DNA of 64,000 nt from NCBI GenBank assembly GCA_965240325.2, contig OZ251231.1, forward strand, positions 62,001-126,000, in the 5' to 3' direction. This DNA comes from Rebecca billardiae RCC1528. Lineage: Eukaryota > Protista > Haptophyta. The position numbers were made by a program, and so were the translations under genes. Positions within the stretch are counted from its first letter, which is position 1; each line of letters starts with the position of its first letter. Shown one piece after another: positions 46,123 through 57,961 of this stretch. Under the pieces are notes generated by a model. The model searched no databases, was not told where the DNA came from, and worked only from the letters and a program-made list of their open reading frames with translations.

Positions 46123-46794
46123 CAGGTCGATGAGGGCAGAATGAGACAGAGGGCACTTTGAGACAAACAAAGGCGGCGGCCCAGTGGCGGCCCAGTGGCG
46201 CCCACTGGGCGTGGTGCATGGCGCCCGCCTCGCACGCGCTACAGCGCCCGGTGAGGTGGACGCAAGTCTGTCAAGACGCGTCGCATGTGTGCCCAAGGTG
46301 CATGCCTGGCACCTCCGCTCGTTTGCCGGCCGCTCCGCTGCCCATGCCTGGCCTGCACGCACCAAACGTAGCCGCCGAACGTGCCCCGCCACTGTGAGAC
46401 GCCCGCGAACCGCGATGCACGGTGCCCTTCAGTGACGTGAGCAAGGTAGTCTACTACTGCAAGGGGACGCCAACCTGACGGCTGGCCATGCAATGGGAGG
46501 CAGTAGGGACGTCAGACACGCGCCAAGAGCCCATGGGAAGCTTGCTCTCCCCAGTTGGTGAGCTCGTCGGGCGTGCGCACGCGGTTTGTCTCAAAGTGCC
46601 CTCCCCCCCCCAAAGTGAGACAAACTTGATGGTGCTCGTGCTCCTCAACGGCATGGAGTTAGCCCACGAGACTCGCAGCTTGAACTCTTCGTCTGATGCC
46701 CTCCACGACGACGTGCGCGAAGGGCGTGAGCGCCATCGTGGTGGAGCGCAAAACACGATCCGGGATTTTGTCTCATTCTGCCCTCACCCACCTG
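46123..46794. mobile_element. Tc1/mariner-type MITE (672 bp)
   Basis: TA|CAGGTCGATGAGGGCAGAATGAGACA ... TGTCTCATTCTGCCCTCACCCACCTG|TA. Second internal inverted pair GAGGGCACTTTGAGACAAAC at about 46150-46169 and 46584-46603. Confidence 0.85.
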
Positions 46795-46806
46795 TAAAAG
46801 GCCGAG

Positions 46807-48588
46807 GGCTTGGGGAGCAAACCCTCAGGATTAGTCTGCAGCCAAGCCGTTACACGGCACCCTCCGCCTCCGGCGGAGGGTGCTCCGCGGAGGCGGAGGG
46901 TGCCGTGTAACGGCTTGGCTGCAGACTGCCCTCAGGATCGGGCGAGCCGACTGCGCCGTGACTCCCAGTGGGGGTCGCCGTACAGTCGCCGCCGCGCGGC
47001 GAGTCCGTTCCGGATGGCACCGCACTCGCCGCTCGCCGCCGCTGCCCCCTGCGCGCACACGGTGCGCGAAGCTGCTGCGGGGATGAGCGCGCAGCCTGAC
47101 GAGGGCCAGGCGAGCGCCGTGCTGCCATCCCTGCCCCAGATCCACCTCCTCCTCGAAGACGGCGATCCTGGACAGTGGGACGCTGAGCTCGTCATCTCGG
47201 CCGGCGGCCTCGACGTGTACGCGCTCGCGCTCACGGCAGAGAACGAGGCCGTACTGCCGAGCGCGTGGGATGCGCAGGCGCCTGACCGCCTACTCCTTGC
47301 CATCTTCGCTCCGCGCTGGTTCCCGCACAGCTTCAGCAGCCCCGTGTACTTCGTGGACAGCAAGCTCTTGCGAGGCGTTCGCCTCGGCGCCGCTGAACTG
47401 ACGGCGCCGACTCACCTGCTGCTCAAAGCCCAGACGCACCGCAGGCAGCTGGCCAAGGCTCAGCGTGCGGCGAGGCATATGTCTATTCGCCTGCATCTGT
47501 CGCAGGTGCCACGGATGACCGCCGACGCCGTGCTCACCGTCGTGCAGCACCTGCTCGCGCACGGCAAGATGGTCGCTGCGCCTGCGCTGCGCGCCGAGTG
47601 CGCCCGGAGCTCGCCGCGATCGCCGCAGCCTTCTAAGGCATGGGCGCGAGCTTCCCGGCCAAGGCGCATGAGCTCGAGCAGCGCGCGCAGCCGCGCGCAG
47701 CCGCCGCCTCGCCTCGGCCGCCGGCGGCGGCGCGTCGGTTGGGCACGCATGTCGCCCGAACCTGTAGCAAGGCTTGCAGCCAGTCGACCCTCACGCACGT
47801 CGGCACAAAGTGTACGCTCGCCGAAGCTGCACGCCACGACGAGCCTCGCGCACAAGCGCCCGCCCCGTCGCCGTCGACGACTGCCGCCATCAGCTCCTGA
47901 GCGAACGCACGACCACGCTCGCCCGGTCTTAGTGCGGCCGCCTCTGACTCTCCGGTCGTCCGGTCGCACGGCCCGCGCGGCGCCCGCGGCCCGGCGCCGG
48001 GCGCGTGGCGGCCGCGGCGCACCGACCGGCGCCGGTCAGCTCAGGCTACCGCACGCACGATTGACGCCGCCTACTATGATCGTGGCAGCATCTATATAGG
48101 CCGTAATCTGCCCATCTCGACGCGCGCCGACGTGACCGTAAGTGGGCGCGCACGCAACCCTACGCGGATGGCAGCTGTCGACGGCTGCCCGTTGCGACAC
48201 TGCACGACCCTCAGTAGATCGCCCAGCGCCGGCGACTCGCCGCGCGCACGGGCGAGCGCGCTTGCAGCAGTTGCCCATGTATGTGCCCCGACGTGCCAAG
48301 CTCGAGAGCGCCTCGAAACTCGCCCTGGATGGGCCACGCGCGCAGCCTCGAGAGCGCGCGGCCGCAGACTGGGCCGGGCCGGGCGGAATGCAGCAGGCCT
48401 GCGCGGCGGAGCGAGGCGACAGTGCGGGGCGAGAAGGGGCAGGGATGATCCTCCATGTCTCCCGGGGCCATCCGCCCAGCGCGCGCGGGCGTGCGCGCCG
48501 CGAGGGCCGCGCATCAGCCTGCGCAGCGCGCGTGGTGCGGGTCAGATTGGTCGCCATCGCCCGATCCTGAGGGTTTGCTCCCCAAGCC
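46807..48588. mobile_element. TIR element (1.8 kb) with 3-bp TSD GAG, PIF/Harbinger-like; left TIR interrupted by a nested hairpin
   Basis: After removing the nested insertion and one TSD copy, the left TIR reads GGCTTGGGGAGCAAACCCTCAGGATCGGGCGA. This matches the reverse complement of 48557-48588. GAG at 46804-46806 and 48589-48591. Confidence 0.85.
46832..46928. mobile_element. 97-bp fold-back mini-element with 10-bp TSD
   Basis: Perfect 40-bp arms at 46833-46872 and 46888-46927. Flanking direct repeat CCCTCAGGAT at 46822-46831 and 46929-46938. Confidence 0.85.
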
Positions 48589-48930
48589 GAGGGCGGAGCG
48601 AAAATGCGACGCGACTTTGCTTTTCATTTTTAAATGGGCGGTTTGGCCCCCCTAGCACGGGCCGAGAGGCATGCCGTGGCGCCCCGTTTGGAAGTCGCCG
48701 ATCGGGGCCTGGACGAGCCGCGGCCCCGGCGCTACCGGGCCCAGCCGGCTCAGTCGCGGCCCCGGAGCCGGGCCGTGCCGGCCGCCGCCACCTAGAGTAT
48801 CGAGCCCGGGCCCTTGCTGCGCACGCGGACGCGGCCCCGGCACGCGGCGCACGGCGCGCTGCGCGCTTGGCAGGGCCATCACCTGACAGGTTGGGGCGGC
48901 GAATGCTCGTCGCCGCTCGGGGGTGGCAGC

Positions 48931-49274
48931 CACGGCCGGATGCCGCCCCTGCGCGGTCGGCCGGGAGCCAATCGGACCCGGCCCGCTGTCGCCTGACTCC
49001 GCGGGCGGGTCTTAGTTAGAGAAGCCTGAGACTCGTCGGTAGGCTCCAGTAGTGCCGGTGGCTGGCGGTGGCACCGCGCAGACGCCGCCGCGCGGCTGAC
49101 GCACGGCCGGATGCCGCCCCTGCGCGGTCGGCCGGGAGCCAATCGGACCCGGCCCGCTGTCGCCTGACTCCGCGGGCGGGTCTTAGAGAAGCCTCAGAGA
49201 CTCGTCGCAGTAGGCTCCAGTAGTGCCGGTGGCTGGCGGTGGCACCGCGCAGACGCCGCCGCGCGGCTGACGCA
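48931..49274. repeat. Tandem duplication of about 171 bp
   Basis: cacggccggatgccgcccctgcgcgg...gcgcggctgacg occurs twice, differing by small indels around cttag/agagaagcct. Confidence 0.9.
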
Positions 49275-49645
49275 CTGACGCCCCGCTCAAGGGGGTGGGT
49301 GGCGCGCGCGCTGGGCCGACCACCCACCGCCGCCGCCGCGTAGATGAGCCAGGGTGGGACAGCGCGGGCGCGCCGCGCGGACTGCCGCAGCGGGCCGCGG
49401 AGCCGGCTCGCGGACGGCCCGCGAATCTTGCGAGTGGCGGCGGCGGCTGCTGGGGGTGAGGGAGGGCGTCCCACCCGCCCGGCCTTCCATCGGTCCATCG
49501 GGAACCCGCCCTCCGCCCCCCTCGAGCGCGCGGGTAGCGTGCAAGAAGCAGGCCGTGCGCTGCAACGCGCGCGCCTCTCACGCACTCCGCGCACCAGTGA
49601 CATGGCAGTCGCAGTACCATTGAGGGGCAAGAAAAAGCAAAAGCG

Positions 49646-49718
49646 CACCCCCGGAGGGATTTGAACCCCCACCCTCCCGATCCGTAGTCGGGCGTGATAT
49701 CCATTACACCACGGGAGC
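49646..49718 (-). tRNA. tRNA-Arg (ACG)
   Basis: GCTCCCGTGGTGTAATGGATATCACGCCCGACT-ACG-GATCGGG...GGTTCAAATCCCTCCGGGGGTG, with downstream T-runs. Confidence 0.92.
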
Positions 49719-51588
49719 TATATCAGGGTGGCGAGGGCATCGCTATTTCAACGTGCGGCGGGCCGCCCTGGCAGGGGTTGTTCCAATTGGCTGGCTGTGG
49801 TCTCAGCTTTTTACAGCTTTCATGGCTCGATGGACGATTGCTGCTGTCACTATGTCACGTCGATCGATTGCGCGCCGGCCCGGCCAGCCACCGCCCCGAG
49901 AGCTGACACAGAATCGCGTCCGCTGCACCACGGCGCGAGGTGCGGGCCGCATCCCGCCCGCGAGTGGCAAGTCCCGGCACCGTGTGAGTGCGGACACTGT
50001 CGGCCCCACGGTCACGGCGGGCCGGCGCGGCCGGCACACGTCGGGCCGCGGCAGACTCTGAGTCGGGCAGCCGGGCAGGGCGCCGGCCCGCCGCGACGTT
50101 CGGCCGGCGGTGGCACCCGCCCGCCAGCGCGCGCACGCGCACGCGCACGTCCGCGGGGTCACTGACGGACGGGGCCGTGCCGACGGCCACGGTGTGCCGC
50201 AGTGACCCGTTGCCGTTGGCAGTGTGCCCGGACGGGTCGTCGACTGCCACGTGACTCGACTGACGACTGACTGCCGACCCCCATTGCTGCTGACACCCGT
50301 TACTTGATGCCGACAAGGAAGCTGACCGGTAGATCGGACTTCGGCGCCAGCTCGCTCCTGACGGCGCCGCTGCTGGCTCCGCTGCCCCGGGAGCGCTCGC
50401 AGTCAGGCCCGCTCGGGCCGCTCGCCGGCGTGCTGGTGGTGTAGACACGCGCCCTCGATCCCGGAGCCGCGGGGGGACTTGTCTTGCCCGCACTGCGAAC
50501 CCACTCCACGATGAGTGAAGCTGTTGACGAGCGCGTCTGCCATCGACGCTCGCTCGCCTTCGCGTGGCGCCTGAGCCACGGCTCGCATTAAGTACCGTCA
50601 CTACCACTTCCAGCGCATGCTGGAACGCGACAGTCGAGAAGGGCGGCGCGTTGCTAACCAAGTGTGCACGTTAAATCGTCATAGTAAACTGTACGCAGAG
50701 CGAGAAGCGCTGCATTGATGCACATCTGCCGCTTGGTCGGCATCTCCACGACTCGGCCGGTGAGCATCTGCTCGACCGTGACTGCTGCGGAGCTGCTGAG
50801 CCCCTGGCTGGCGCGGGGCTCTGACAGGCTGCCTCACTCAGGTCTCACTCGTCAGGTCCGCTTCACTCATCCGCGCCTGGAATGCCATCCTGAGTCCTGA
50901 CCTGACCGCAGCATCAAGGTGCGGCTCCCGCCATCAAAAATACATCACACCGGCTTCAGCGCGACCACCGCAGATTCTCAGCAAGCTGAGTGAAGCTCTA
51001 CTCGCTGAGCCTCTGATTAGCCGTTCTTACTCCAACCTTGCTCCAACAAACAATCATCGGCCGGCTGCTGTCCGGCTGACGTCGCCTGGCGGCCTGGGCC
51101 TGGCCAGCACTGACGTCGCGCGGCGGCGCCGCGACGCGGACGCGCCCTCAGACGGCTGACGGGTGACGGCTCACCGCGGACGCGGCGCGCCCGCGGCCGA
51201 GCAGCATCTGCATGCGTGTCGGGATCGAAATATAATATAATCCGTCTACAGACAATACCATCCGACAACACGCGGGTCGCCAGCGCCGGGACCGCGGTCA
51301 CTGGCGACTACCAGTCTACTCGATCCGAGCATCGAGTAGTGACCGTAGTGACCGTAGTGTGAATCGCGCCCCGCCGATCAGCTTGGCAGCTTGCGGCACA
51401 GTCTCTGCATGAAACAGACAATAATATAATACCGCTCAGCACTCTCGGTGTACATGAGCAGCTGGGAGAAATACTAGATGCGGACGCCGGACAGATCGGC
51501 CGCATGCAGCGCGGCCGTTGTGGAACATACATGTATGGATTGGCCATCTGCGCGGGTGCGTCTTGCTGGTCGTTCGCGCCACACGCCG

Positions 51589-52626
51589 TCAGTCCAGCAC
51601 CGCCAGCAGCACATCCATGGGAACGGTCGTCGTGTCGTCCATGCGCCAGGTGGTCTTGTCGTGCTGCGCCGTCGTGAGCGCCGCGTCGCACCCGCCCTGG
51701 AGCGCGCCTGCGGCAAGGAGGCGGGGCTTGATGATGAGCTCGGCGGCGCCGCGCGGCGGGGCGAGCCTGGCTGGCGCCGACCGGTCGAGCGGCCCGAGCA
51801 TCCCGTGCACGGCGGCGAGAAAGCCGGCGACGAAGCTCGACGCGTCGACCGCTGCTGCGGCGGCCGCCGTGGCGGCCGCGCTGGGCGGCGCCTCGCCGAC
51901 GTCGGCGCCGCCCACGGCCGGCGGCGCGAGCCAGGCCGGCACCGCCTCTGCCGTCATCAGCGCGTGGTACTGGTCGGAGTCGTCGGAGCTCGTGCGCGCG
52001 GTAGGCTGCGCCGGCCAGCGCGACGACGGCGGCGCCTCCGCCCGCAGCTCGCCGTCCGGCATGTTGAAGAACACGTCGGCCGGCGGCGCATGCAGCGGCG
52101 ACGCGATCGGGATCGCTGGCTGCGGGGGCAACGAGACGGGGGCGGCGGCGGGCGCCCATGCGCCGAAGGCGGGCATCGGGGTGACCAGCGCCGGCGGGAG
52201 CGCGGCCATGCGCGTTATCGGCAGGGCGTGCGCAACCACCGACGCTACGCCAGCGGCGGCGGGAGGAGGCGCGCCGCCGTCACCGTCGGACGAGCCGCCG
52301 TTGTCGTCGTCGTCGTCGAGCGCCATGTGCGGGCGGTAGCGCCTGTTCTGGAACCAGATCTGCACCTGCCGTGGCGTCGTGCCCAGGTGGAGGGCGAGGT
52401 ACTCGCGTTGAGCCGCGTTCGGGTACGGGTGCTCCTTGTAGACGCGCTGCAGAAGCTTCCGTTGCACGCTGGTGGCGCGCCACCGCGGCGGCGACGGCGA
52501 CGGCACAGAGGGCGGTGAGCCGACCGAGCGCGCCGGACGGCCTTCGGCCCGTCGTCGCGCTTGGCACTTCGGAGCCACTGGCCTGGCCTGCACGGGCGTC
52601 GTGGTGGTCATGACGGGAGGCCGCAT
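51589..52626 (-). CDS. Homeodomain transcription factor, paralog A (non-TALE, Q50)
   Basis: RWRATSVQRKLLQRVYKEHPYPNAAQREYLALHLGTTPRQVQIWFQNRRYR; intronless. Confidence 0.88.
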   Translation of the reverse strand: MRPPVMTTTTPVQARPVAPKCQARRRAEGRPARSVGSPPSVPSPSPPRWRATSVQRKLLQRVYKEHPYPNAAQREYLALHLGTTPRQVQIWFQNRRYRPHMALDDDDDNGGSSDGDGGAPPPAAAGVASVVAHALPITRMAALPPALVTPMPAFGAWAPAAAPVSLPPQPAIPIASPLHAPPADVFFNMPDGELRAEAPPSSRWPAQPTARTSSDDSDQYHALMTAEAVPAWLAPPAVGGADVGEAPPSAAATAAAAAAVDASSFVAGFLAAVHGMLGPLDRSAPARLAPPRGAAELIIKPRLLAAGALQGGCDAALTTAQHDKTTWRMDDTTTVPMDVLLAVLD

Positions 52627-53597
52627 GGCGTGCGCGAGGAGGAGATGAGCGCGAGGAGTGGCGGGGAGCGGGGACGCTCGGGGTTGATTCGCTTTGATGG
52701 CCTGATGGGCAGGCCAGCCAATACCCCTCCGGGGTAAATGAGATTCTTTCTCGTCTCGTCCCCAATTGGTCGATTCCCTTCGCGCAAGACCACCGGAGCC
52801 AATTGCCGTACTGCGGTTCCTGTCGGGATGCGCATCGGCTCACCCTTGATCCAGGGTTGAGTAAAAGTTATGTAGCCTCGAGCGCATTCAATAGTGGATG
52901 TAATGTCATCACGCGGTGAGCCCGGTAGATAAATTTGCGCCGAGACCCATGTTCGCAGTTCCAAAATCCAAATTCGCCGGTCGGTATGATTCCAAATTCT
53001 CGTCCCATGGATCGTCGATTCGTCGGCCAGTGTGCTGCACCATACATCGCGTCACATTAGCTGACGCGAATGTCATTGAGGGTAAGCCGGTAAGATACCG
53101 CGGGTATGAGCTGGCCGCCGCGGCGCCCTTTCGACTCTTCGAGCACGCTGTCTCTCTGGTACATTCCCGGGTATCAATCGCCGAAATCATGCGCCCGATT
53201 CTTCATTTATTCTTGGTGGCCATTCCCCGGCTTCATCCGTCTTCATCAATCTGCCGTGCAGCACTTCGCCACTCTGTCACAGTTGTCCATCATACGGCGT
53301 CCCGACACAGCTCAAGTACAGACTGAGATCCTCCGACTACTCCTAAATACGCCATTGATGCGCCCGTCATCGCGTCCTGACCTCGCGGTCCGAGTCACAC
53401 ACAGAGTCACAGACTGAACCGTGAACGGCCAGCGTCCGCGGTCCGGCGGCGCCGGCTGACTGAGTGCCACTCCCGCCGCGGAGGCGTCGTGGCGTCGGCA
53501 CCGCGGGGCTGCCCGCGCGGCGGGCGGGAGGTCGCTTGCTAATGGCATCTGCCCGACCCGGCGGCACCCTGCTGACACTCCCTGGAGCAACCCGCCG

Positions 53598-54599
53598 TCA
53601 GTCCAGCACCGCCAGCAGCACGTCCATGGGCCAGGTGGTCTCCCCGTGCTGCGCCGGCTTGATGAGCTCGGCGGCGCCGCCGCGCGGCGAGGCGAGCCCG
53701 GCTGGCGCCAACCAGTCGAGCGGCCCGAGCATCTCCTGCACGGCGGCGAGGAAGCCGGCGACGAAGCACGACGTGTCGACCGCTGCGGCGGCGGCCGCCG
53801 TGGCGGCCGCGCTGGGCGGCGCCTCGCCGACGTCGGCGCCGCCCGCGGCCGGCGGCGCGAGCCCGGCCGGCACCGCCTCAGCCGTCGCGGTCCGGTCGGC
53901 CGCGCCGCGGCCAGGGCCCTCGTCCGGCGCCGGCGCGTGGTGTTCAAGGTTGGCATTGTCGGGGTCTGTCCACGCGGCGGGCTGCGCCGACCAGAACGAC
54001 GACGACGGCGGCGCCTCAGCCCGCAGCTCACCGTCCGGCATGTTGATGACCGGCGGCGCGTGCAGCGGCGACGCGATCGGGAGCGCGGGCTGCGGGGGCG
54101 ACGAGACGGGGGCGGCGGCGGGCGCCCATGCGCCGAAGGCGGGCATGGGCGTGGCCAGCGCCGGCGGGAGCGCGACCACGCGCGTCATGGGCTGGGCGTG
54201 CGCCACCACCGGCGCTGCGCCGGCGGCGGCGAGTGGAGGCGCGCTGCCAATAGTGCCATCGGACGCGCCGCCGTCGTCGCCGGCGCCGCCGTCGTCGAGC
54301 GCCATGTGCGGGCGGTAGCGCCTGTTCTGGAACCAGATCTGCACCTGCCTTGGCGTCGTGCCCAGGTATAGGGCGAGGTACTCGCGCTGAGCCCTGTTCG
54401 GGTACGGGTGCTCCTTGTAGACGTGCTGCAGAAGCCACCGTTGTGCGCGCGTAGCGCGCCACCGCGGCGGCGACGGCGACGGCACAGCAGAGGGCGGTGA
54501 GCCGAACGAGCTCGCCGGCTGGCCTCGATGCGCTTGGAGCTCCGGAGCCGTCGGAATGGCCTGCAAGAGCGTCGTGGCGGTCGTGACGGGAGGTCGCAT
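53598..54599 (-). CDS. Homeodomain transcription factor, paralog B
   Basis: RWRATRAQRWLLQHVYKEHPYPNRAQREYLALYLGTTPRQVQIWFQNRRYR. Colinear with paralog A from MRPPV to PMDVLLAVLD. Confidence 0.88.
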   Translation of the reverse strand: MRPPVTTATTLLQAIPTAPELQAHRGQPASSFGSPPSAVPSPSPPRWRATRAQRWLLQHVYKEHPYPNRAQREYLALYLGTTPRQVQIWFQNRRYRPHMALDDGGAGDDGGASDGTIGSAPPLAAAGAAPVVAHAQPMTRVVALPPALATPMPAFGAWAPAAAPVSSPPQPALPIASPLHAPPVINMPDGELRAEAPPSSSFWSAQPAAWTDPDNANLEHHAPAPDEGPGRGAADRTATAEAVPAGLAPPAAGGADVGEAPPSAAATAAAAAAVDTSCFVAGFLAAVQEMLGPLDWLAPAGLASPRGGAAELIKPAQHGETTWPMDVLLAVLD

Positions 54600-55002
54600 G
54601 GCGTGCGTGCGCTCACTTGACGAGAAGGCGGAGGTGAGGGGCCGTGGGCGCACTGATGAAGGGCGCGTCGCCCGGTCGGGGAAACGCTGCGAGTAGATAG
54701 ATTCCCGTCTCGAAATCACGATCTCCGCCATCATACCCCCATTCTTGACTTGCAGGTATTGATACGCGTTTGGCGACCGCCAATCGCAGCGGTTCAACCG
54801 CTTTTCGAACATGGAGCCTATTCATTGACGGTACAAGGCATGACGGCGAATGAATATAGGCACTGGGATGCTATTCATTCAAGCAACCACAGGTCAAAAC
54901 GAATATGAGGCGAGCGCCTCGGCGGAGAAGATTCGCCCAAATGCTCATTGACTAAGTAGCCGATCGGCACATTTCAAAATTGACGGTTGAGTGGCGGGCG
55001 TC

Positions 55003-55099
55003 AATCTCGCCTGCCTGAGCTGTGTGCGTCTCTTATTCTTAGTAAACTGTACAGTTTACTACTAATAAGAGACGCACACAGCTCAGGCAGGCGAGATTG
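55003..55099. repeat. Imperfect palindrome centred on TA at 55050-55051 (two element ends back to back)
   Basis: caatctcgcctgcctgagctgtgtgcgtctcttatt..tagtaaactg TA cagtttacta..aataagagacgcacacagctcaggcaggcgagattg. Confidence 0.9.
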
Positions 55100-56609
55100 C
55101 AGTTTGGCTGTCTTTATATTCATTGATCAGGCGGGAGTCTCAAACGGAGATGCCGATATGTTCGCCGATCGCACTGATTAATATGGACTCTATGGGGGTA
55201 TCATAGACAGTATCTGACAAAGGGTCAACCCACTATGACTGTCAAGGCGACAGGCAGCGCGCCAGCGCCATCGTGCCGACGTGCCCACGGCCCACGTGCG
55301 CGAGCGCCTTGCCACATTCCCCGCGACGGGGTCGCCGTCCCCGGCCGCGCCGACTCGTTCAATACACCCACGGGGCCCCTCCGGGTGTATTGAGCGCATT
55401 TTACTCGTCGACGGCCGCACGGCGCCCACCTCGCCGCGTTGCCGATGTTACTCAACAGATCGTCAGTGTGATTGGAGCCCCGTGCATGACTGGCTGCGGC
55501 ACTCGCATGACAGGTCCAGCGGCGCCCTCGGTGGGCAAGCGAGCCCAGAGGCGCAGCGAGTCTGATGCGGCTGCAGTACAGGCCGAGCGCGAGCGCCGAG
55601 TCGCAGCCGCGCGCGCGCCACGCGCGCCGGGCTCGCCCGGGGGAGAAGGCGCCGCTGCAGCGCTCCTTCTGCCGATCACGCGATCCGCCGGCAGGAAGAC
55701 CGGACGTGCGCCCAGTTTTGACAAAAACGATGAATCTTCAACTCCGCGGACGCGAGCCCGGCCCCCTGCGACGACAGCAACGGAGGTCGATCGGGTGTTT
55801 GCCTCGTGGCTCGGCTGCCGCTGCTACTATCAGCAGAACGTGCTGGCAGGAGGACGACGAGGCCGCAGGCGGCCCGCCGCACGCGGCACGGGGTTGCTCA
55901 CCAGTCAGAGTCGGACAGACCGCGCGCGCTTCACTTGGCGCGCAGCTTGGTCGACTCCGCGCGCGCGCGCTGCCGTGGGGCATCAAGGTAGCGCGGCCGC
56001 ATACGCACGCCCGGCGCCGTGGCCGCGCGAGCCCCTGCCTGCCTTCGCTGATCGCACAAGACCATCTCATACGAGTAGCAGTGCTGTCAATGTTCCCGCT
56101 TCCCTTCCGAGTCAGCATCGTGATCCGCTACAAATGTGAAACGACGAGCATATTATTCATCCCGCCATAATAGGTCTGTGAGCTCGCATTACAGGCCTAG
56201 ACGATGCACTCGTCATCGCACCAACAGGCGCACTCCGACACGCCTGCTCTCGCCACGGCCACCCATGGCCCACCTACACACGGTGCCGCGGCAGTCAGCG
56301 CGCTGCTTTGCCGCCCCGCGCGGTAGCGCGCGCGCGGCGGAGTCAGCCGCCGGTGCTACCTGATGAACTGCCGATATAGAGAGAGAGAGAGAGAGAGAGT
56401 CGAGAGAGAGAGTCAATTTCGAATGATGTCTTAGATGCTGATATGACGAGTGATATACTGAAATATATATATACAGTCAAGTCGTCAGCACGCTGCCGCG
56501 GGCTTACTGCTAATAATCGCGCGTCGATCATCTCCGGGTCCGGCGACCGGCGCGTAGTCGTTGAACTACCCGCCTGGGCCGGCGGCAGCAGGCGGTACTC
56601 CGCCGCGGC

Positions 56610-57508
56610 GCTATGTGCGAATCAAGGCCTATATGGCCGGCCATGACCGATGATATTGGCCGCTAGGCGGCCATGGCCGATGGAAAGCGGCCAACCAGCC
56701 ATCACTGGCCGATGGGTATTGGCCGATGGCGGTCCGGCGGCCGGACCGCCGGAGGCCGCGCCGGACGGCACTCGCACTGCCACGGCGCCGGCGGCGTGGC
56801 CTCGCGGCGCGTGCGCACGCCGCCACGCGGGCTGCAGCACTGTCCGACTCTGCACGGTCGTAGTCCGAGAGGGCGGCCCCGGGGCTCGGCCGAGCCCCAG
56901 TGGCGGTCTCTGACCGAGCGTGGCAGGTGGGTCGTGTGTGTGTGTGTGTTAATCTGATATAAGATATTCAGACTACTACGGCATGTCTGCTATTGTAGCG
57001 CTATCTGCGCGCCGGCCCGGCGAGTGAAGGACGCGAGGTGCAGGCGGCGAGCCCGGTGAGACTCCGAGGGCGAGTCAGCGGCCGCACCCGCACCCGCGAC
57101 CCCTACTTCTGCCACGGCTGGCGCTTGCACTGCCAGCAGCGCCGTCGTCTGCCGACGCGGCGACTGCGGCAGCCTCGCGGCGAGCGGACGAGCTGTGGCT
57201 GCCGCAGCACAGTAGTCGGCTGCAAGCACCTTCTGCGACGAGATCATGCCCATACAGAGTCGACGTCGACGAGCCGACCTCGTTGGGGTCGACCATACGA
57301 CGTTGACTTTCTGCCCGACGAGTAGTGGTGAATAATATTGCGCCGAAAAAGAAAATAAATTATGAATATGTAATGAATACAGCGCATCGTCATCCTTATG
57401 TATTCATTTATTCGTCGTAGTCGGCCACTGGCCGATGAACGGGCGAAAGTGGGCATCTCGTGGCCGACGGGTTGGCCGACGCCCGTCGAGGCTTGATTCG
57501 CACACAGC
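56610..57508. mobile_element. Probable MITE (about 900 bp)
   Basis: GCTATGTGCGAATCAAG versus CTTGATTCGCACACAGC (16/17 inverted match). Subterminal TGGCCGA repeats at both ends. No clean TSD. Confidence 0.65.
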
Positions 57509-57961
57509 CGCGGCGGTCGTGCGTGCCGCCGACGGTGCGTGCATTATTTATGAATCCGACTGACGATAGCTAGAGAGAGAGAGAGAGTAGCGCGATATAT
57601 ATATAAGACAGAGAGACGAGAGAGAGAGTGCTGCTAAGAGAGACTCTGAGCTAGCTAGAGACGAGAGACGACGGAGCCGCCAGAGAGAGAGCCGTGAGGC
57701 GGCGTTATCGATACTGCTGTGCGCTGAATATATCATCTATACTACGATTACGCGACAGCACTTTATTACAGTCCGAGGTGACATGCATGCACTGAGTCAC
57801 AGACACTGAGCGCAGTGAGTAGCCGTCCGCAGACGACCGGACCGAACGGTCGTGCGGTATTATGCCGCAGCCGCCCGCGGATCAACGGCGTGGCGCGTGC
57901 GTCATCCCGCGCGCGCTCCCCGCGGGCCACCCTCGCCCTCGTCACCGGGCCCACCTCGCCC

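Noticed and set aside
52700-53400. ORFs between the homeobox genes
   Set aside because: Low GC3, several stops and no recognisable domain; probably promoter or intergenic DNA.
54600-54812. N-terminal extension of homeobox paralog B in the ORF track
   Set aside because: It does not start at an ATG, and similarity to paralog A begins at MRPPV (54599).
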